Positions 1 through 12,065 of a DNA stretch of 34,216 nucleotides are shown here, piece by piece. The position numbers and the translations under genes were made by a program. Under the pieces are notes generated by a model. That model saw nothing but the letters and a program-made list of their open reading frames with translations. It made no database searches and was not told where the DNA came from. Location: the NCBI GenBank assembly GCA_012026655.1, contig JAAILG010006217.1:1-34216 (forward strand). Reading direction: 5' to 3'. This DNA comes from Hydrolagus affinis (lineage: Eukaryota). The stretch's first letter is position 1. Each line of letters opens with the position of its first letter.

Positions 1-138
1 GATCTTAAAAATATATCGATTTTTTTTTAAACAATCGAATTTAACGATAAATCGATATTTTTAAAATCACCATATCGGCATATCGTTTTGAAACTCATAT
101 CGGGTTTTAGCGATATATCGAAAAATCGCCGGACCCTA
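1..138. mobile_element. Terminal part of a hAT-like non-autonomous DNA transposon, truncated by the window edge
   Basis: AT-rich but CpG-dense stretch built from ATATCG/CGATAT motifs, ending in ...CGATATATCGAAAAATCGCCGGACCCTA. TAGGG...CCCTA termini with CGATAT subterminal repeats are typical of vertebrate hAT-Ac-type MITEs. Confidence 0.55.
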
Positions 139-189
139 ATGGCACCCCTCACAACCCACAAACAACCATGAAATGAATAACGATTTTAT

Positions 190-362
190 CAGAAGGAGGC
201 CATCGAGAAGACTCGATGGCCTCCTTCTGTGCCGTAACATTCTATGATTCCATTGATTCTATGATAAGGAGGAGTGGGACTGATTGGGTAGCTCTTCCAA
301 AGAGCTGACACAGGCACGGTGGACCGAATGGCCTCCTTCTGTGCTTTAATATTCTATGATTC
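190..362 (+). mobile_element. Two short CR1 LINE 3' tails in tandem
   Basis: GGCCTCCTTCTGTGC followed by ATTCTATG-type octamer repeats, twice. Confidence 0.65.
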
Positions 363-1336
363 TGTTAACATTTCATCCGAAGGATGGCACCCTCAACAAT
401 GCATCTCACCCCTAGCACTGGACTGGATTCTCAGGCAAATTTTCACCCACGTTCACTTGACTCAAAAGGCAGGCGAGATTGCTACCAACTGCGTCAGGCC
501 TGCAGCAGCCAGCCACAAGAACACACACAACAATTTGTCACCTAGTTTGGTTCCGTCCTCTTCCCGCGCATTAACAAATGAAGATCATACATCAATCTGA
601 TTTTAATAAATGATAATAAGTCTCCCTCGACAGTTTAGGTAATTACTTGTCGAGCCTGGAACGTCCCCTTAGCACATGGTGCCAGCACGCTCCCATCTTA
701 CAGAACTGCTTCCCATCGATTATAAAATGAGATCAGGAGCAATTGCATTTTAATAAGACTGTGGCCGATCAATAATTTTGCTTCCCTCTGCGCAGCTTAG
801 ACCATTTTGGCGTTGAGGCTTCGAACCCAAGTCCAATAAAAGCTAACAGTACAGTTCTGTAGAGTTTCTCTGAGCAACTCAAATGTTCCCAATTATATCT
901 GGATATTGTCTGAGCAGTGGGAAAAATGTGTTGGTCCTTACGGGGCTTGGATTCACATCATAGGAAAAACCTTGGTTGTTCTCCACATTTATTGATTGCC
1001 TCGCCTCCCACCCCACCGCCCCCCACCCCCCAGATTGCATTAAATTCAACGTTATGGGGTTTAGAATTCCAATGGGTAATATTAGGACAGACACCGGGAA
1101 GTATTTATTTATCCAGCGGGTTAATAATAGTAATAATAATAATACTTGCATTTGATATAGCACCTTATCACATTGTTGAGACACCTCTAAACGCTTCACG
1201 GGATACACTGTAAAATGGATTGACAGTAGTTTGTGGACGAAGAGCACAGATATGATAATGAAAGGAACAGATTACCCACAAGAATACACATCCCAGGACA
1301 CCCACCCTACCCCATCATCTTCCTATCACAGCATTA

Positions 1337-1658
1337 AGTCCTGCAGCTCAATGGTTAGAGCACTCGCCTTACAAGTGTGACACCTGTGTTCGAATCCAGG
1401 CAGGTCAGGGCGAAACCTTGGACAAGTTTCCTTACTCCACACGCCTAATAATAATCCCTCCCCAAAAATTCATGATAATAAAATTGTTCATTTCAATCCA
1501 TGACTGTTTGTGGGACACTACTGTGCGCAATTGTCTGCCACGTTTCGCCTACAAATATACAGTCAATTCACTTTACGGTATATTCTGTGAAGCGCTTTGA
1601 GACGTCTAGAAGACAGGAAAAGCGCTATATCAAATTCAAGGATTATTATTATTATTAT
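1337..1658 (+). mobile_element. Full-length tRNA-derived SINE, short form, L2-like tail
   Basis: tRNA-like head with A and B boxes (AGCTCAATGGTTAGAGC, GTTCGAATCC). Body shared with more than 10 other copies in the window. Tail GAAGCGCTTTGAGACGTC...TATATCAAATTCAAGG(ATT)n. Confidence 0.9.
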
Positions 1659-1694
1659 CAAGCTAATTGTAAAATGCATCCAGTGTTTTGATCT

Positions 1695-1900
1695 CAACTC
1701 CCACCTTCTAGCAAGCTGTTCCCATTGCTAATTACCCTCTGGGTAAAGAACAACTGACTATTCAGCAATTCTCCTTTGCGCCTCAAAACCTGTGTCTTGT
1801 TGTGCCAGTCTTAGTGCAACCTATATACGCCTCTACAAGGCCTCCTTTGTGATGTCTTCCCTCAAGAATGAAGAGCCCTAGTTTGCCTACGAGTCTTGGC
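1695..1900 (-). mobile_element. Degraded CR1 3' fragment
   Basis: Weak similarity to the reverse complement of CR1 ORF2 C-terminal coding sequence seen elsewhere in the window. Confidence 0.35.
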
Positions 1901-2918
1901 CTTTCCACCGAGGGCTCTCAATTTTCAAAACCAAAATAGACTCCAACTCCTAACATGATTGCCCTTCACTGAATCATGCCAGGCCATCTACTGTTGACAT
2001 GAAAGCTCCATTGTTCCGATAAAGGGCAGCATAAAAATGAGAGCTGCAAAAGAGACAGTACACGCACAGCGCGAGCCCTTCTCACAGGAGGGTAAACAGC
2101 TTTATAAAATGATTGCCGGCAATTCATTTGACCAGTATCCAGTGCAAGCACAGATATTTATTTCTGTCTGCGCCAAAGGCAACAGCAGGAGCTATTCACT
2201 CACAAGGCGTCTGTGCGAGTGTGTGGGAGGATTATAGTTTGTCTGAGGCAGTGTTTCAGTGAGCAATATAAACACCTTGTCTTGGAAGCAATCGCAATAA
2301 CAACTTTTTCATCTGTAAAGCTCTACAGTTTTGTACATATTAGTAAACTAGTGAAATCTCACCCAGGCTTGTACACAAACCACCCCAGGGTCTCCATTTC
2401 ATTCCGACATCTGTGTTCATACATTTGAGGGTTCACACTCATCGTGGCAAGTTTAGGGATACAAAAAGGAAGGGGGTTTTTTTGGCGTAAAATTCAACAG
2501 ACAAATGGACCAGGTTATTAATGTGGCAGAGTAATAACTGAACCTTGAGACTCATTTAAGAGGCAAATATCTTTGATGAAGAAGATAGGGTGCGTATGCT
2601 GGGAAGGTCAGCATAATTTTAATCCCTGTATTTGACATAGGATACTCTCTGTGCACAATTAGCTGCAGTGTTTGTCTAGAAACACACAGTTACTACACTT
2701 GCTGACAATCCACTGTGAAGTTAAACTGAATGCAATTTTTTTTATTATTAAAAAAAAAGTTTATTTTTTAGGAAACAATGGTTTACTTTTAAGAATAACT
2801 TTGGTGCTGAGCACTTCGAGTGGTAGTAATACCAAATAATCTTACATTTGGTGTAGTACTTTCACAATGGGAGGAAGGACATCCAAATACTTCAGAAGAC
2901 ATACTCTTTGTAATACTG

Positions 2919-3225
2919 TAATAATAATCCTTGCATTTGATATAGTGCATTTCATGTTTTCTAGACGTCTCAAATTGCTTCAAGGAATATTCTGCTAAGT
3001 GGATTGACTGTATATTTATGGGCAAAACACGCAAACAATTGAGCTCAACAGTGTCCCACAAACGGTCATGGTTTGAGTGACCAATTTATTATTGCTTTTA
3101 TTTGTGAAAATTATGATTAGGCGTGTGGAGTAAGGATACTTGCCCAAGGTTTCACCCTGCCTCCAATCAAACCCAGGTCTCTTGCTTGCAAGGCGAGTGC
3201 TCTAACCACCGAGCTACAGGACTCC
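2919..3225 (-). mobile_element. Full-length tRNA-derived SINE, short form
   Basis: Reverse complement of the 1337-1658 family, from the (TAA)n tail to head CTCTAACCACCGAGCTACAGGACT. Confidence 0.9.
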
Positions 3226-3231
3226 ACGAGT

Positions 3232-3545
3232 GTAGTGACTGTATAGCAATGTCCCACAAACAGCCCTGAAGTAAGTGAACAATTTTATTTGGAGATTTTG
3301 TGGTCAAGACACCAGCAGAAAGAAACTCTCTTCTTTACTCAACTGTTGCCATCCACCTGAACAGGTGGACACAGGGCCTCGGTTTAAGGTCTTACCTGAA
3401 CAGCGCCTCCTACAGTACAGCACAGTTCCAGGACTTAGACCTTGTGTCTCCGAGACCCCATGTGGGGCTTAAATCCACAATTTTAGGGCAGATAATTCAC
3501 CCCTGACACAGAGGCAAACGTCCTACCAACTGAGCCAGGTTGACA
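3232..3545 (-). mobile_element. Deu-domain (SacSINE1-like) SINE, degraded
   Basis: CCACCTGAACAG...CCTCGGTTTAAGGTCT and terminal CTACCAACTGAGCCA match the reverse complement of Deu-SINE body and head. Confidence 0.6.
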
Positions 3546-4139
3546 CACTGGTATTCAAGACTGTGTTTAAAATATGCATGAAATCCTGAAGCGATGAGTC
3601 ATTCTATGCTGCCGCAGATTAGAATCAAACCTTTCGTCTGTTTGTGAAATTGATGCGGTGTAAATTAGGTGAGACGACGAGAGGCAGCACCTCAGATAAT
3701 ATCCGTAATCTAATTTGTCTGCAAAGGAAAATAATTGCAGAAACGAAAGCTTGGACAGGTATTATCTCAGAGGAGTGACATCTTTATATCCAAATATAAA
3801 CCCCACGCAACAAAAAAAACAGGAAGATGACGAGATTAAAATAAACCCTTCCACAAATAAAGACAACGGCAGACATAACGGTTTGCAAAAAAAAATGGTT
3901 AAATCGCACATTTGCTGTCAGAATTGGGGGGGTGGTGAGGGAACAACTTGCAGCGAGTTATTGAGTCAGACAGGGTAAATGAGCTGAAATAAGTAGCAGT
4001 AGGGATACAGCCATTAACCCATAAGTGGTTTAGCAATCATGTCGTTTCAATGTAATCAACGTCTAAATAGGATTCTGAGATGCAAATTCATTCTGTTGGC
4101 GCTGTGCTCTTTTAGCATACTTTTCTCATTTTGTTGTTG

Positions 4140-4700
4140 GGGTAGTTTAGCTCAGTTGGTAGCACTCATGGCCTCTGAGGCAGAAGGCAGTGCATTCAAG
4201 CCCGCCACCAGGACACTAGGCTCGGATTCCTGAAGCGTGGTGGTGAGAGCACTCGCCTCGCAACTGAGAGACTCTGGGTTTGATTCCCAGGTTGGGCGAA
4301 AGCTTGAGCAAGTTTCCTTACTCCACATGTCACTGTTTAGCTAGCAGTAAGGAGGAACCTGGTTGTAAGTCAATTGGCAGATCGCTTTCCAAGGGTAATA
4401 ATCCTCTCCCCCCCACCACCTCCAATCCTTGGTTATTCACTTCTTGGCTATCTGTGGGTCACTGATGTTGTGCAAATTGGCTGCCATTTTAAGTTACATT
4501 TCACAGTAAACCTGCTTGCAAGGCGTGTGCTCTAACCACTGAGCTACAGGACTCCACTTTTCGGAGGACGCTGCATGTCAGTGGTGTCGTCCTTCAGATA
4601 AGATATTAAACTGATCTTTTCTCTGCCTGTTGAGGTGGGCGACAAAGATCTCGCCGCACTACTCGAAAAGATACAGGAGTTTCTATCAGCCATCCCAATC
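4140..4700. mobile_element. Nested SINE cluster: Deu-SINE interrupted by a long-form SINE and an inverted SINE head
   Basis: Deu-SINE head at ~4140-4210, long-form SINE (+) ~4215-4505, inverted tRNA head ~4510-4556, Deu body resumes ~4560-4700. Confidence 0.6.
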
Positions 4701-5199
4701 TAATGTAATCGATATCATAGATCACTGAAGTCCATACACAAAGGAATGACTGACTGATGTCACATCAATTAGAAGGTGCGTTTTAATTCAAATTGGCTGT
4801 CAATCCGGGGAGCAAATACATGTGTTGGTGATCAGTAATGGAGCCGCTGGGAGCTTGGTCCATTGAGAGACTGGCTGAATACAGACCTCGAATCAATAAA
4901 GTAAATAGGAAGCTCAGTGTTCTGCTGGATGACTGATGTTTTGATTAACATTTGCTGCTTCAGGTCACAATCTACTTTGGAAGTGAAGATTTATTTCTCC
5001 CTGTCCTCCCTTTGACTCTCACACCTTAATTTGCTATTGTTCAGCACCGTAAGAAATGAGGAGAGTTTGGAGAGAGCTTAAGTGATCTCTCAGTAATAAG
5101 GAAATAAGAGCCAAGCAGATTGCGACTGACCACAGAGTTCTGAGTGCAAAGCTCTGGTGTCTTTCATAGCAGCTGTCCACATAGGGTGGTCCGCACAAG

Positions 5200-5470
5200 A
5201 TCACATGCCTGGCTTGGATGAAGTCCTTTCAGCCCATTTAATCTCATCTACCCAAACCACCCATCACCACATCAAGCTACTCATTAAATAAGTTCCAGTG
5301 TCCTGGCCTTAACCACCCTGGTAGCATGTTCCAATTGTTACTTACCCTCCAAATAAAGAAAACCTTGCTGGTCTATGACCTGAAATTGTCCTTTACAACT
5401 GTAAACCTATGTCCTCTTCTAGTGCCTTACTGCAGCCTGGCTTCACTCTTCCAATCCCATTTAATATGTT
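5200..5470 (-). mobile_element. Degraded CR1 3' fragment
   Basis: CCTTTCAGCCCATT...ACCACCCTGGTAGCATGTTCCA...TTACCCTCCAAATAAAGAA resembles the reverse complement of CR1 3' ends. Confidence 0.45.
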
Positions 5471-5519
5471 ATAAAATGTTATAAGATAACCTGCTAGTAG
5501 GTCATCTTCCCTCATTGTG

Positions 5520-5705
5520 CACACCAGTGACTCACAAACAATCGTGGATTGAGTGAGCAAATCATTATTTTTCTTTATAATTTTCAATTTTGTTGAAGAG
5601 ATCATTACCCCAGAAAAAGTGATCCACCGATCGACTAACAATCGGATTCCTACTTTGCAAGGTAGACAGAGATGTGTGAAATAAGGAAACTCACCTAAGG
5701 TTTTG
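5520..5705 (-). mobile_element. Long-form SINE fragment
   Basis: Reverse complement of the extra central segment seen at 20801-20865. Confidence 0.6.
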
Positions 5706-5877
5706 TCATCTTCCCCACATTCAGGGCATGTTGTGTTCAGGTCAGAAACAGTGGTTAATTCTGACTACACCTGCTCATGGAAGCCTTGGGGTTTACAGTA
5801 TGGTAGAATCCTGTGAAGGTCTTTGAGACAATGCTATGATGTGATAAGGCATTATATCAAGGAGTATTATTATTATT

Positions 5878-6105
5878 CCTTACTCCACACGCCTGATAAG
5901 AATCCATCCCAAAAAAACTATAATAAATTATAGCACTCGCTTTCAATCTACGATTATTTGTAGGACTCTGCTGTGCGCAATTGGCTGCCACATTTCGCCT
6001 ACAAATATACAGTCGATTCACTTTACAGTATATTCCGTGAAGCGCTTTGAGACATCTAGGAGGCGGGAAAAGCGCTATATCAAATGCAAGCGTTATTATT
6101 ATTAC
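5878..6105 (+). mobile_element. 5'-truncated SINE, short form
   Basis: Starts at CCTTACTCCACACGCC, ends in the L2-like tail and (TTA)n. Confidence 0.85.
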
Positions 6106-6609
6106 CAATAAGATAATACCGTAGCTTGCTGACAGGTGTCTAATGAGGTGTCGCGTGTGAAACAATGAGAGTCATGGTTTAAACAGTTTATAAAAGTGAG
6201 ATAAGCCTCACTGATCATTCACCACGCTCCCTCCCCTAGCTTGCTCCCAACACACACATATCGCTATTTGCATTCTTCTGCCTTCAAATGTTGGCAGGCC
6301 ATTTGAGTGCCTGGGTTTGACGTAAATGTTGTTAAAGATACGGCAAAACACTAAGATAGCTCAAGCCTCGAGAAATGCTGGAAATAGCTTCTGAATCTGA
6401 ATGGATCAATCCCTAAATTAAAAAGCCTTCTGACTCGGCACACAGAATTCATGTTACAGTGTCCAAAGGCAGGTGTCGGCATTAAACCAGTTTGTCGGTT
6501 CCAAGCGTCAGACTATAACTGTTGGCTTTTCATCACAACACAATAAAGGAGAGCTGACAGCTTCGGAATATTCCCAGTGGCAAAGCATTCCTAACCGTGC
6601 ATCAGCACT

Positions 6610-7449
6610 GATTCTTGCAGCTGAATGTCGACAAGATGGAGGCCATACTCTTTGGCTCTCGTCGACGTCTCCATTCACACAGCTCTCACCTCCTCCACCT
6701 TCCCGGTCGGCCCCTAAAACTCTCTGAACCTGTGCGCAACCTCGGCGTCAGGTTCGACCCCCAGCTGTCCTTCCTCCCCCACATCCGGTCCCTCACCAGC
6801 ACCGCCTTCTTCCACCTCCGACGGATCGCCCGTCTCCGGCAATACCTCACCCCAAAAGCCGCTGAAACCCTGGTCCAGGCCTTTGTCACCTCACGGCTGG
6901 ACTATTCCAATGCCCTCCTCGCCGGTCTCCCCTCCACCACAATCCATAAAATCCAACTCATCCAAAACTCTGCCGCCCGCATACTCACCCGCACCAAACT
7001 TCGCTCCCCCATTACCCCAGTCCTTGCCAGACTTCACTGGCTCCCTATCCCAGAGAGGATCGACTTCAAGATCCTCACCCTTGTTTTAAAATCCTTCCAC
7101 TCCTCTACACCCACCTACCTCTCTGACCTCTTCTCTCCTCAAACCAGCTCCCATTGCCTTCACTCCACTGGGTCTGGCCTCCTCCACATCCCCCGAATCC
7201 TCCGCTCCACCCTCGGTGGCTGTGCCTTCAGCCACTATGCCCCAAGGCTCTGGAATTCCCTTCCTCACTACGTTTGCCTCGCCCCCTCTCTTTCCAGTTT
7301 CAGGTCCCAGCTGAAGACTTTCTCTTCAACCGCGCCTTTGGTCACCTCTCTGCCCCTGCCCCTGGCTCGGTCCCGGGATCCGCTATTGTGAAGCGCTCTG
7401 AGACACAGGCCAGCGTGCAAGGTGGTATATAAATCAAAGTTGTTGTTGT
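6610..7449 (+). mobile_element. 5'-truncated L2 LINE: ORF2 C-terminal region plus 3' tail
   Basis: ORF 6615-7391 carries L2 motifs LQLN..K.E, VRNLGV.FD..LSF..HI, SRLDYSNALLAGLP, LHWLP, LWNSLP. It ends in a stem-loop tail and (TTG)n. Confidence 0.92.
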
Positions 7450-7479
7450 CACAGTGACCCTCTAGTAAAGGAACAACAA

Positions 7480-7822
7480 CAAATAACATTTATTTGTACA
7501 ATGCCTTTCACATCAGGAGGACGTCCCAAGGCGCTGGGCAGTTAGGGATTTGGATCCGAGTTGGGGGTTGGGATCAGTGAGGGTGGAAGGCAGCGAGGGT
7601 AAGGCTAGGAGGGTGACCAAAGGCTCAGTCAAAGAAGAGAGTCTTGAGGTGGGCCTTGAATAAGACAAGGGAGGAGATGAGGTGAAAGCACTGTGGAATG
7701 GAGTTCTAAAATACTAATAATATTCCTTGCATTTGATATAGCGCTTTTCATGTCTTCTAGATGTCTCAAATTGCTTCACAGAATATACTGTAAAGTGAAT
7801 TGACTGTATATTTATGGCCGAA
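7480..7822 (-). mobile_element. L2-type 3' fragment and adjacent SINE tail
   Basis: (CAA)n tail, CACATCAGGAGGACGTCCCAAGGCGCT, GGTGACCAAAGGCTCAGTCAAAGA, then a SINE tail at ~7712-7822. Confidence 0.55.
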
Positions 7823-8449
7823 AGAAGGTGGGGGCGGAAATAGTTTAGTTGTGCGGGCAGGGCGGGGAACGAGGAACACGCCAGAGTCCAATGAACAGTT
7901 GGAGAGGTCTATATGGAGTTAGCAAATACCAGAGGTATGAAGAGCAAGGCAATGGAGGACTTTGAATCCAAGGAACAGCACTCAGAATCCCTGCATTTCA
8001 CCTCCCTGCAGTTTTTCTACAATTCTTCGCAAACCTTTAAACATAATTCCCCAATTGATTCCCCAACCACAATATATTGCATTTATATTGCGCCCTTCAC
8101 ATGGGACAGCATCTCAGAATGCCTAACAATGGCGGAGCCTGGCACTTAGGGCTTGATGCCAATACATGTATTATTGTACCCAAAATGATGCTGTTAAAAT
8201 TTTGCGTTACATCCTGTCAGGCTTTTTGAACCAACAGGGCAACTTAGCACAAAAACTAGACATATTTAGTTGCAACACCTGCATACAGGTTTTTTTGTAC
8301 ACAATTGTTTCATGGCTGGTCCTAGACTAAAGCGTCAGCTTTTCATCACAACCAATAAAGTTCCACGTCCTCACCTTCAAAGTCCTCCACTACCTTCCTA
8401 TTCCCTGCCTTTGTGACTTCAGAAAGACCCCACGAAGCGAAGAGGCTGA

Positions 8450-8705
8450 ATTGGTAATTCTCTAGCCTCCAACTCGGAAAGAAAGCTGTATGTTCAAACC
8501 CCACATTGGGATTTTGAGCTCACAGTCTAGGCTGACATTCCAGTCTAGGCCTAGAGGGTGTGTTTCATTGATGAGGGTTGCTGTCCTTAGAATGAGATAT
8601 TTACATGAGTTCCCGTCTGCCTGCTCGGGCGGACGTTGAAGATATTGTGGAACAGTTTGGAAAGAGAAAGGAATTTCTCTCTCGCGGAGTGCTGGCCAAC
8701 AAATA
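8450..8705 (+). mobile_element. Deu-domain SINE, degraded
   Basis: GTTCAAACCCCAC...GTCTAGGCTGACATTCCAGT...GATGAGATATT...GCTGGCCAAC follow the Deu-SINE order. Confidence 0.6.
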
Positions 8706-9934
8706 AAATAGCTTCTTCCCCTCCAGGCTGTTTGTGAGCCATTGCAGTGTGTAAATCTGACTCACATTTGCATAGCTTTTATTTCCCTCAAAGATATAAA
8801 AGGCCTGATGCCAAATGATTACTGCTTTGCCATTTGCCTTAAAAGACTCGCTCAAGATTGATCTGAGACTTGTCCACACTTTTTCATGGGCAAAGAATAC
8901 AGTACGCCTTTGACAACTAAATCCATGGACCCAGGCAGACCAACAGTGTCTGTCAGATTAATGACTTTCGCAGTAAAAGTAATCAACGGAAGATATGAGC
9001 AGAAGAGAGAGCAAGGGAAGAAGTATTTCCTGACGTGCACATTTATGCTGGAGTAAAGCATCACAAGAATCCTGGCCAACAAACTTTCAGTTAAATTGGT
9101 CATTCACTTCATGCCTATTTGTTGAATGTTGTTGTGTGCAAATTACTGTACCCAATAAAACATGCGGTCACTACAATTCACAGTCAACCATCTTTTGATG
9201 TTTTTTACAGCGTGATGAGGCACTATATCACATAACAGGATTATTATTGGACTCAAGATTCTGAGTTCATCCGCCTTCAATGAATAATGATTTGACCCAA
9301 GATTTACATGGGATTGTACAGCACAGACACAGGCCGTTCAGCCAACCAGCCCTAGCACCCCAGTGCTAAATTTTCAGCCATGGGAAAATCAGTCACGGTT
9401 ATATTTAAGGACTTGGAAAGTGGCAGGAATTGGGAGGTGTTGGGGAGTCTCAATCCGCAGAGGACGAGGTGAAAAGCGAGGAAGAGAAAAGGCGATCAGC
9501 CACAGAAGCCCACGCGATGATTAAAATATTAAATAAGAGTCTGCATTCTGCGGAAAACACGACAGAGGAGAATGATGATCATCCCTTTAAGCAGGCTGAA
9601 CTCTAAATCAACCAGGGACTGGAAAGAACCAAGAAGCAACTCAAAGCAATGATCTCTCATCTCCCAAAACTAATAAAAGGAATGAGTAATGGATTAACAC
9701 GCCCTGGGGCTACAGGAGGAAACACAATTACACACGTGGCTTGTGTACGAACGACAGGCATGAAGAAGGGGAAAGATGTTAAAGATAAGGAATGTTTCTT
9801 CAATCATGAATGGAGAGGTGAGGATGTGCTGAAACCAGTTAAGAGGTTGCAAATGGCTTCATTACTCACCTGCTATTCCTTACACATGCAACTGGCCTCT
9901 AACAGCTATTAACAGAAGCTCTTATTATTCTGAA

Positions 9935-10215
9935 GTACAGTAATCCTTACACTTGATATAGTGCCTTTCGTGTAAGGAGGATGTCTCAAAGCGCTTCACT
10001 GGGTTGACTGTGTACTAGTGGATGAACGCAGCAGCTAATTTTTCATAGCAGTGTCCCACAAATGACCAATTTTATTTGGGGCACTGTCGGCCAGGACACA
10101 GAGAGAGAGACAAACACCATCTTTAATGACCCCATGAACAGGCATCTGGGATCTCGGTTTAATGTCTCATCCGAAAGGCCATACTACCAATACATACCAC
10201 CCCAGCACTGTGAAA
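9935..10215 (-). mobile_element. Deu-type SINE 3' and body fragment
   Basis: Tail AATCCTTACACTTGATATAGTGCC and body CTCGGTTTAATGTCTCATCCGAAAGGC. Confidence 0.6.
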
Positions 10216-10924
10216 TCCTGTGGCTTGGTGGTTAGAGTACTGTATCACATGCAATTGTTGTTACTTCTATTTAATTGGACTCTATACGATCCAATCTCCA
10301 TTTATATAGCGCCTTTCACATCGGGAGGATGTCTCAAGGCGCTTGTCGTTACTGACTGGGCACTAAACTAAGGGGTGGGATTGAGCTCTCAGTTAAATGC
10401 TTATTTGAGACGTCCTCCCAATGTGAAAGGCACTTCTAAATTTTAATTGTATTACATTGTACCTCCATGTATTGAGTCCTTCAAGAGAATCAACAGTCTA
10501 AAGTGCATTATCATAACTTACGTAACCATTTGTATATAAATCAGGAATATCACAAATTGTTCTGATCCCACAGCTACTTTTTCTTAACCACTTTTCTTCT
10601 ATAAATGCACCCTTAAATGACCGCTTATTTGCTTTCCAGAGTTGGGGCATTACAGCTGTTTGAAACATTAGGCGGTGCTATTGTTTAACAGCAGACAGTT
10701 AAAATGAAGTCTTACTCACTACAACTATAAATCAGCGTTCGTGTGTGTGTGTCAGTATGTGTCTGTGGGAGGTTGCAGCTGATGTAGTGAACAGCTGCAC
10801 TGATTTGCCACGGGAGGTGATGTAGTGTTAGATCATTGCAAACATTTTTTTTAAAATGTGACTAATAATGTAAATCTCTCATTTATATTGCTAATAACAT
10901 CATTGATCTTTCACCTCAAAGACG

Positions 10925-11100
10925 TAATAGTAGTAATCCTTGCATTGATATAGCGCCTTATCACTTCTTCAAGATGTCTCAAAGTACTTCACAAAATGTA
11001 CTGTAATGTAAATTGACAGTGTATGTTGAGGGTGAAACGGTGTAACCAATTGCGCGCAGTAGTGTCCCACAAACAGTCATGATTGAATGGCCAATTTTTT
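10925..11100 (-). mobile_element. SINE 3' half
   Basis: AATCCTTGCATTGATATAGCGCC...CAGTAGTGTCCCACAAACAGTCATG. Confidence 0.75.
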
Positions 11101-11313
11101 TTTAATACTATAACATCAGATGAACCAAAGGGCTTTCTTCATCCAAACCAAACTTGTGATGTCTGCACTAACCCACTGTTATGAACCAAAATGAATTTTG
11201 GAAATTCATTTTATTCAGGTTATTGTGTTTTTCTTTTTAAAAAAATTTAAGTTCCAAATACCAGTTTACATTCAAAGTCTACAAGCGTCTGAATATATAT
11301 ATATACACACACA

Positions 11314-12041
11314 CAGTAGAAGCTCGTTTATCCGTGACTCGATACACCAGAACTTCCGTATGACCGGCATGCCCCCCAAAAAGTCCCCATTCGATAAACA
11401 GGAACTTATCCAGAACAATAGCAGTGGAGCATTTGTAAATGCATAAAGAATAACATAATGAGAGAATGTTGTGTTGGTGCTTGTTGTTGGAGCTACTCTC
11501 TTGCGCTTTTTACCTTTGCTGGTAGATGCTGCGCTTGAAGCCATGATGCTGCGGTTGAGGTTTATAGTCCAGCAATTCTTTTTGGGATGGAGAGCGCGTA
11601 CGACTTTAAAGCCATACTAGCGGCAAGCCAATAACACTAGCCGATAACCCACATTGTCGTGCAGGTACAGTATTTCGGTTTGCCACTAGTAGAGTCTAGG
11701 GCTTCGGCTTACAGTTAGTAAAGTCGCGTGACTTTGAAATTGCACTGCCGTATTTTCATCCTCTTGGCATCCTCCATTTGGGGAAGGGTCGCTGGACTGT
11801 AGACCTCAATCAGTGAGGGTGAGAAGCGCAGGAGAGTGGTTTTGACGGTGGGTGCCAATATAACAGGCCGTTATTATCTGTTATTACTTTGTGTCTGGTG
11901 TGTGTTTAAAGAACATTTTTTGTATGGGTTTGTTAACTTTTTTTTGGTGGGTATTCGGCCACAGGCCACCCGAATATCCGGCAGGCGCTTTAACCGGCAT
12001 TGGTCAAGTCCCGCAGGTGCCAGATAAACGGGCTTCTACTG
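11314..12041 (-). mobile_element. Tigger/pogo (Tc1-mariner superfamily) internally deleted DNA transposon
   Basis: 21-bp TIRs match 19/21: CAGTAGAAGCTCGTTTATCCG (11314-11334) and CAGATAAACGGGCTTCTACTG (12021-12041). TA follows the right TIR. A minus-strand ATG at 11544 gives MASSAASTSKGKKRKRV, like Tigger transposase N-termini. Confidence 0.8.
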
Positions 12042-12065
12042 TATATATAGATAAACTCTCATAGG

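Noticed and set aside
1966-2151. Hydrophobic stretch VRVLSLLQLSFLCCPL as the missing TM exon
   Set aside because: Too short and polar, no similarity to the B7-H3 TM or the following basic motif, and no compatible phase-1 exon.
6615-7391. 258-aa ORF as a cellular gene
   Set aside because: It is a 5'-truncated L2 ORF2 with a non-ATG start and a frameshifted C-terminus.
11272-11544. MASSAASTSKGKKRKRV ORF as a host-gene first exon
   Set aside because: It lies between Tigger TIRs and runs through the left TIR. It is better explained as a transposase remnant.
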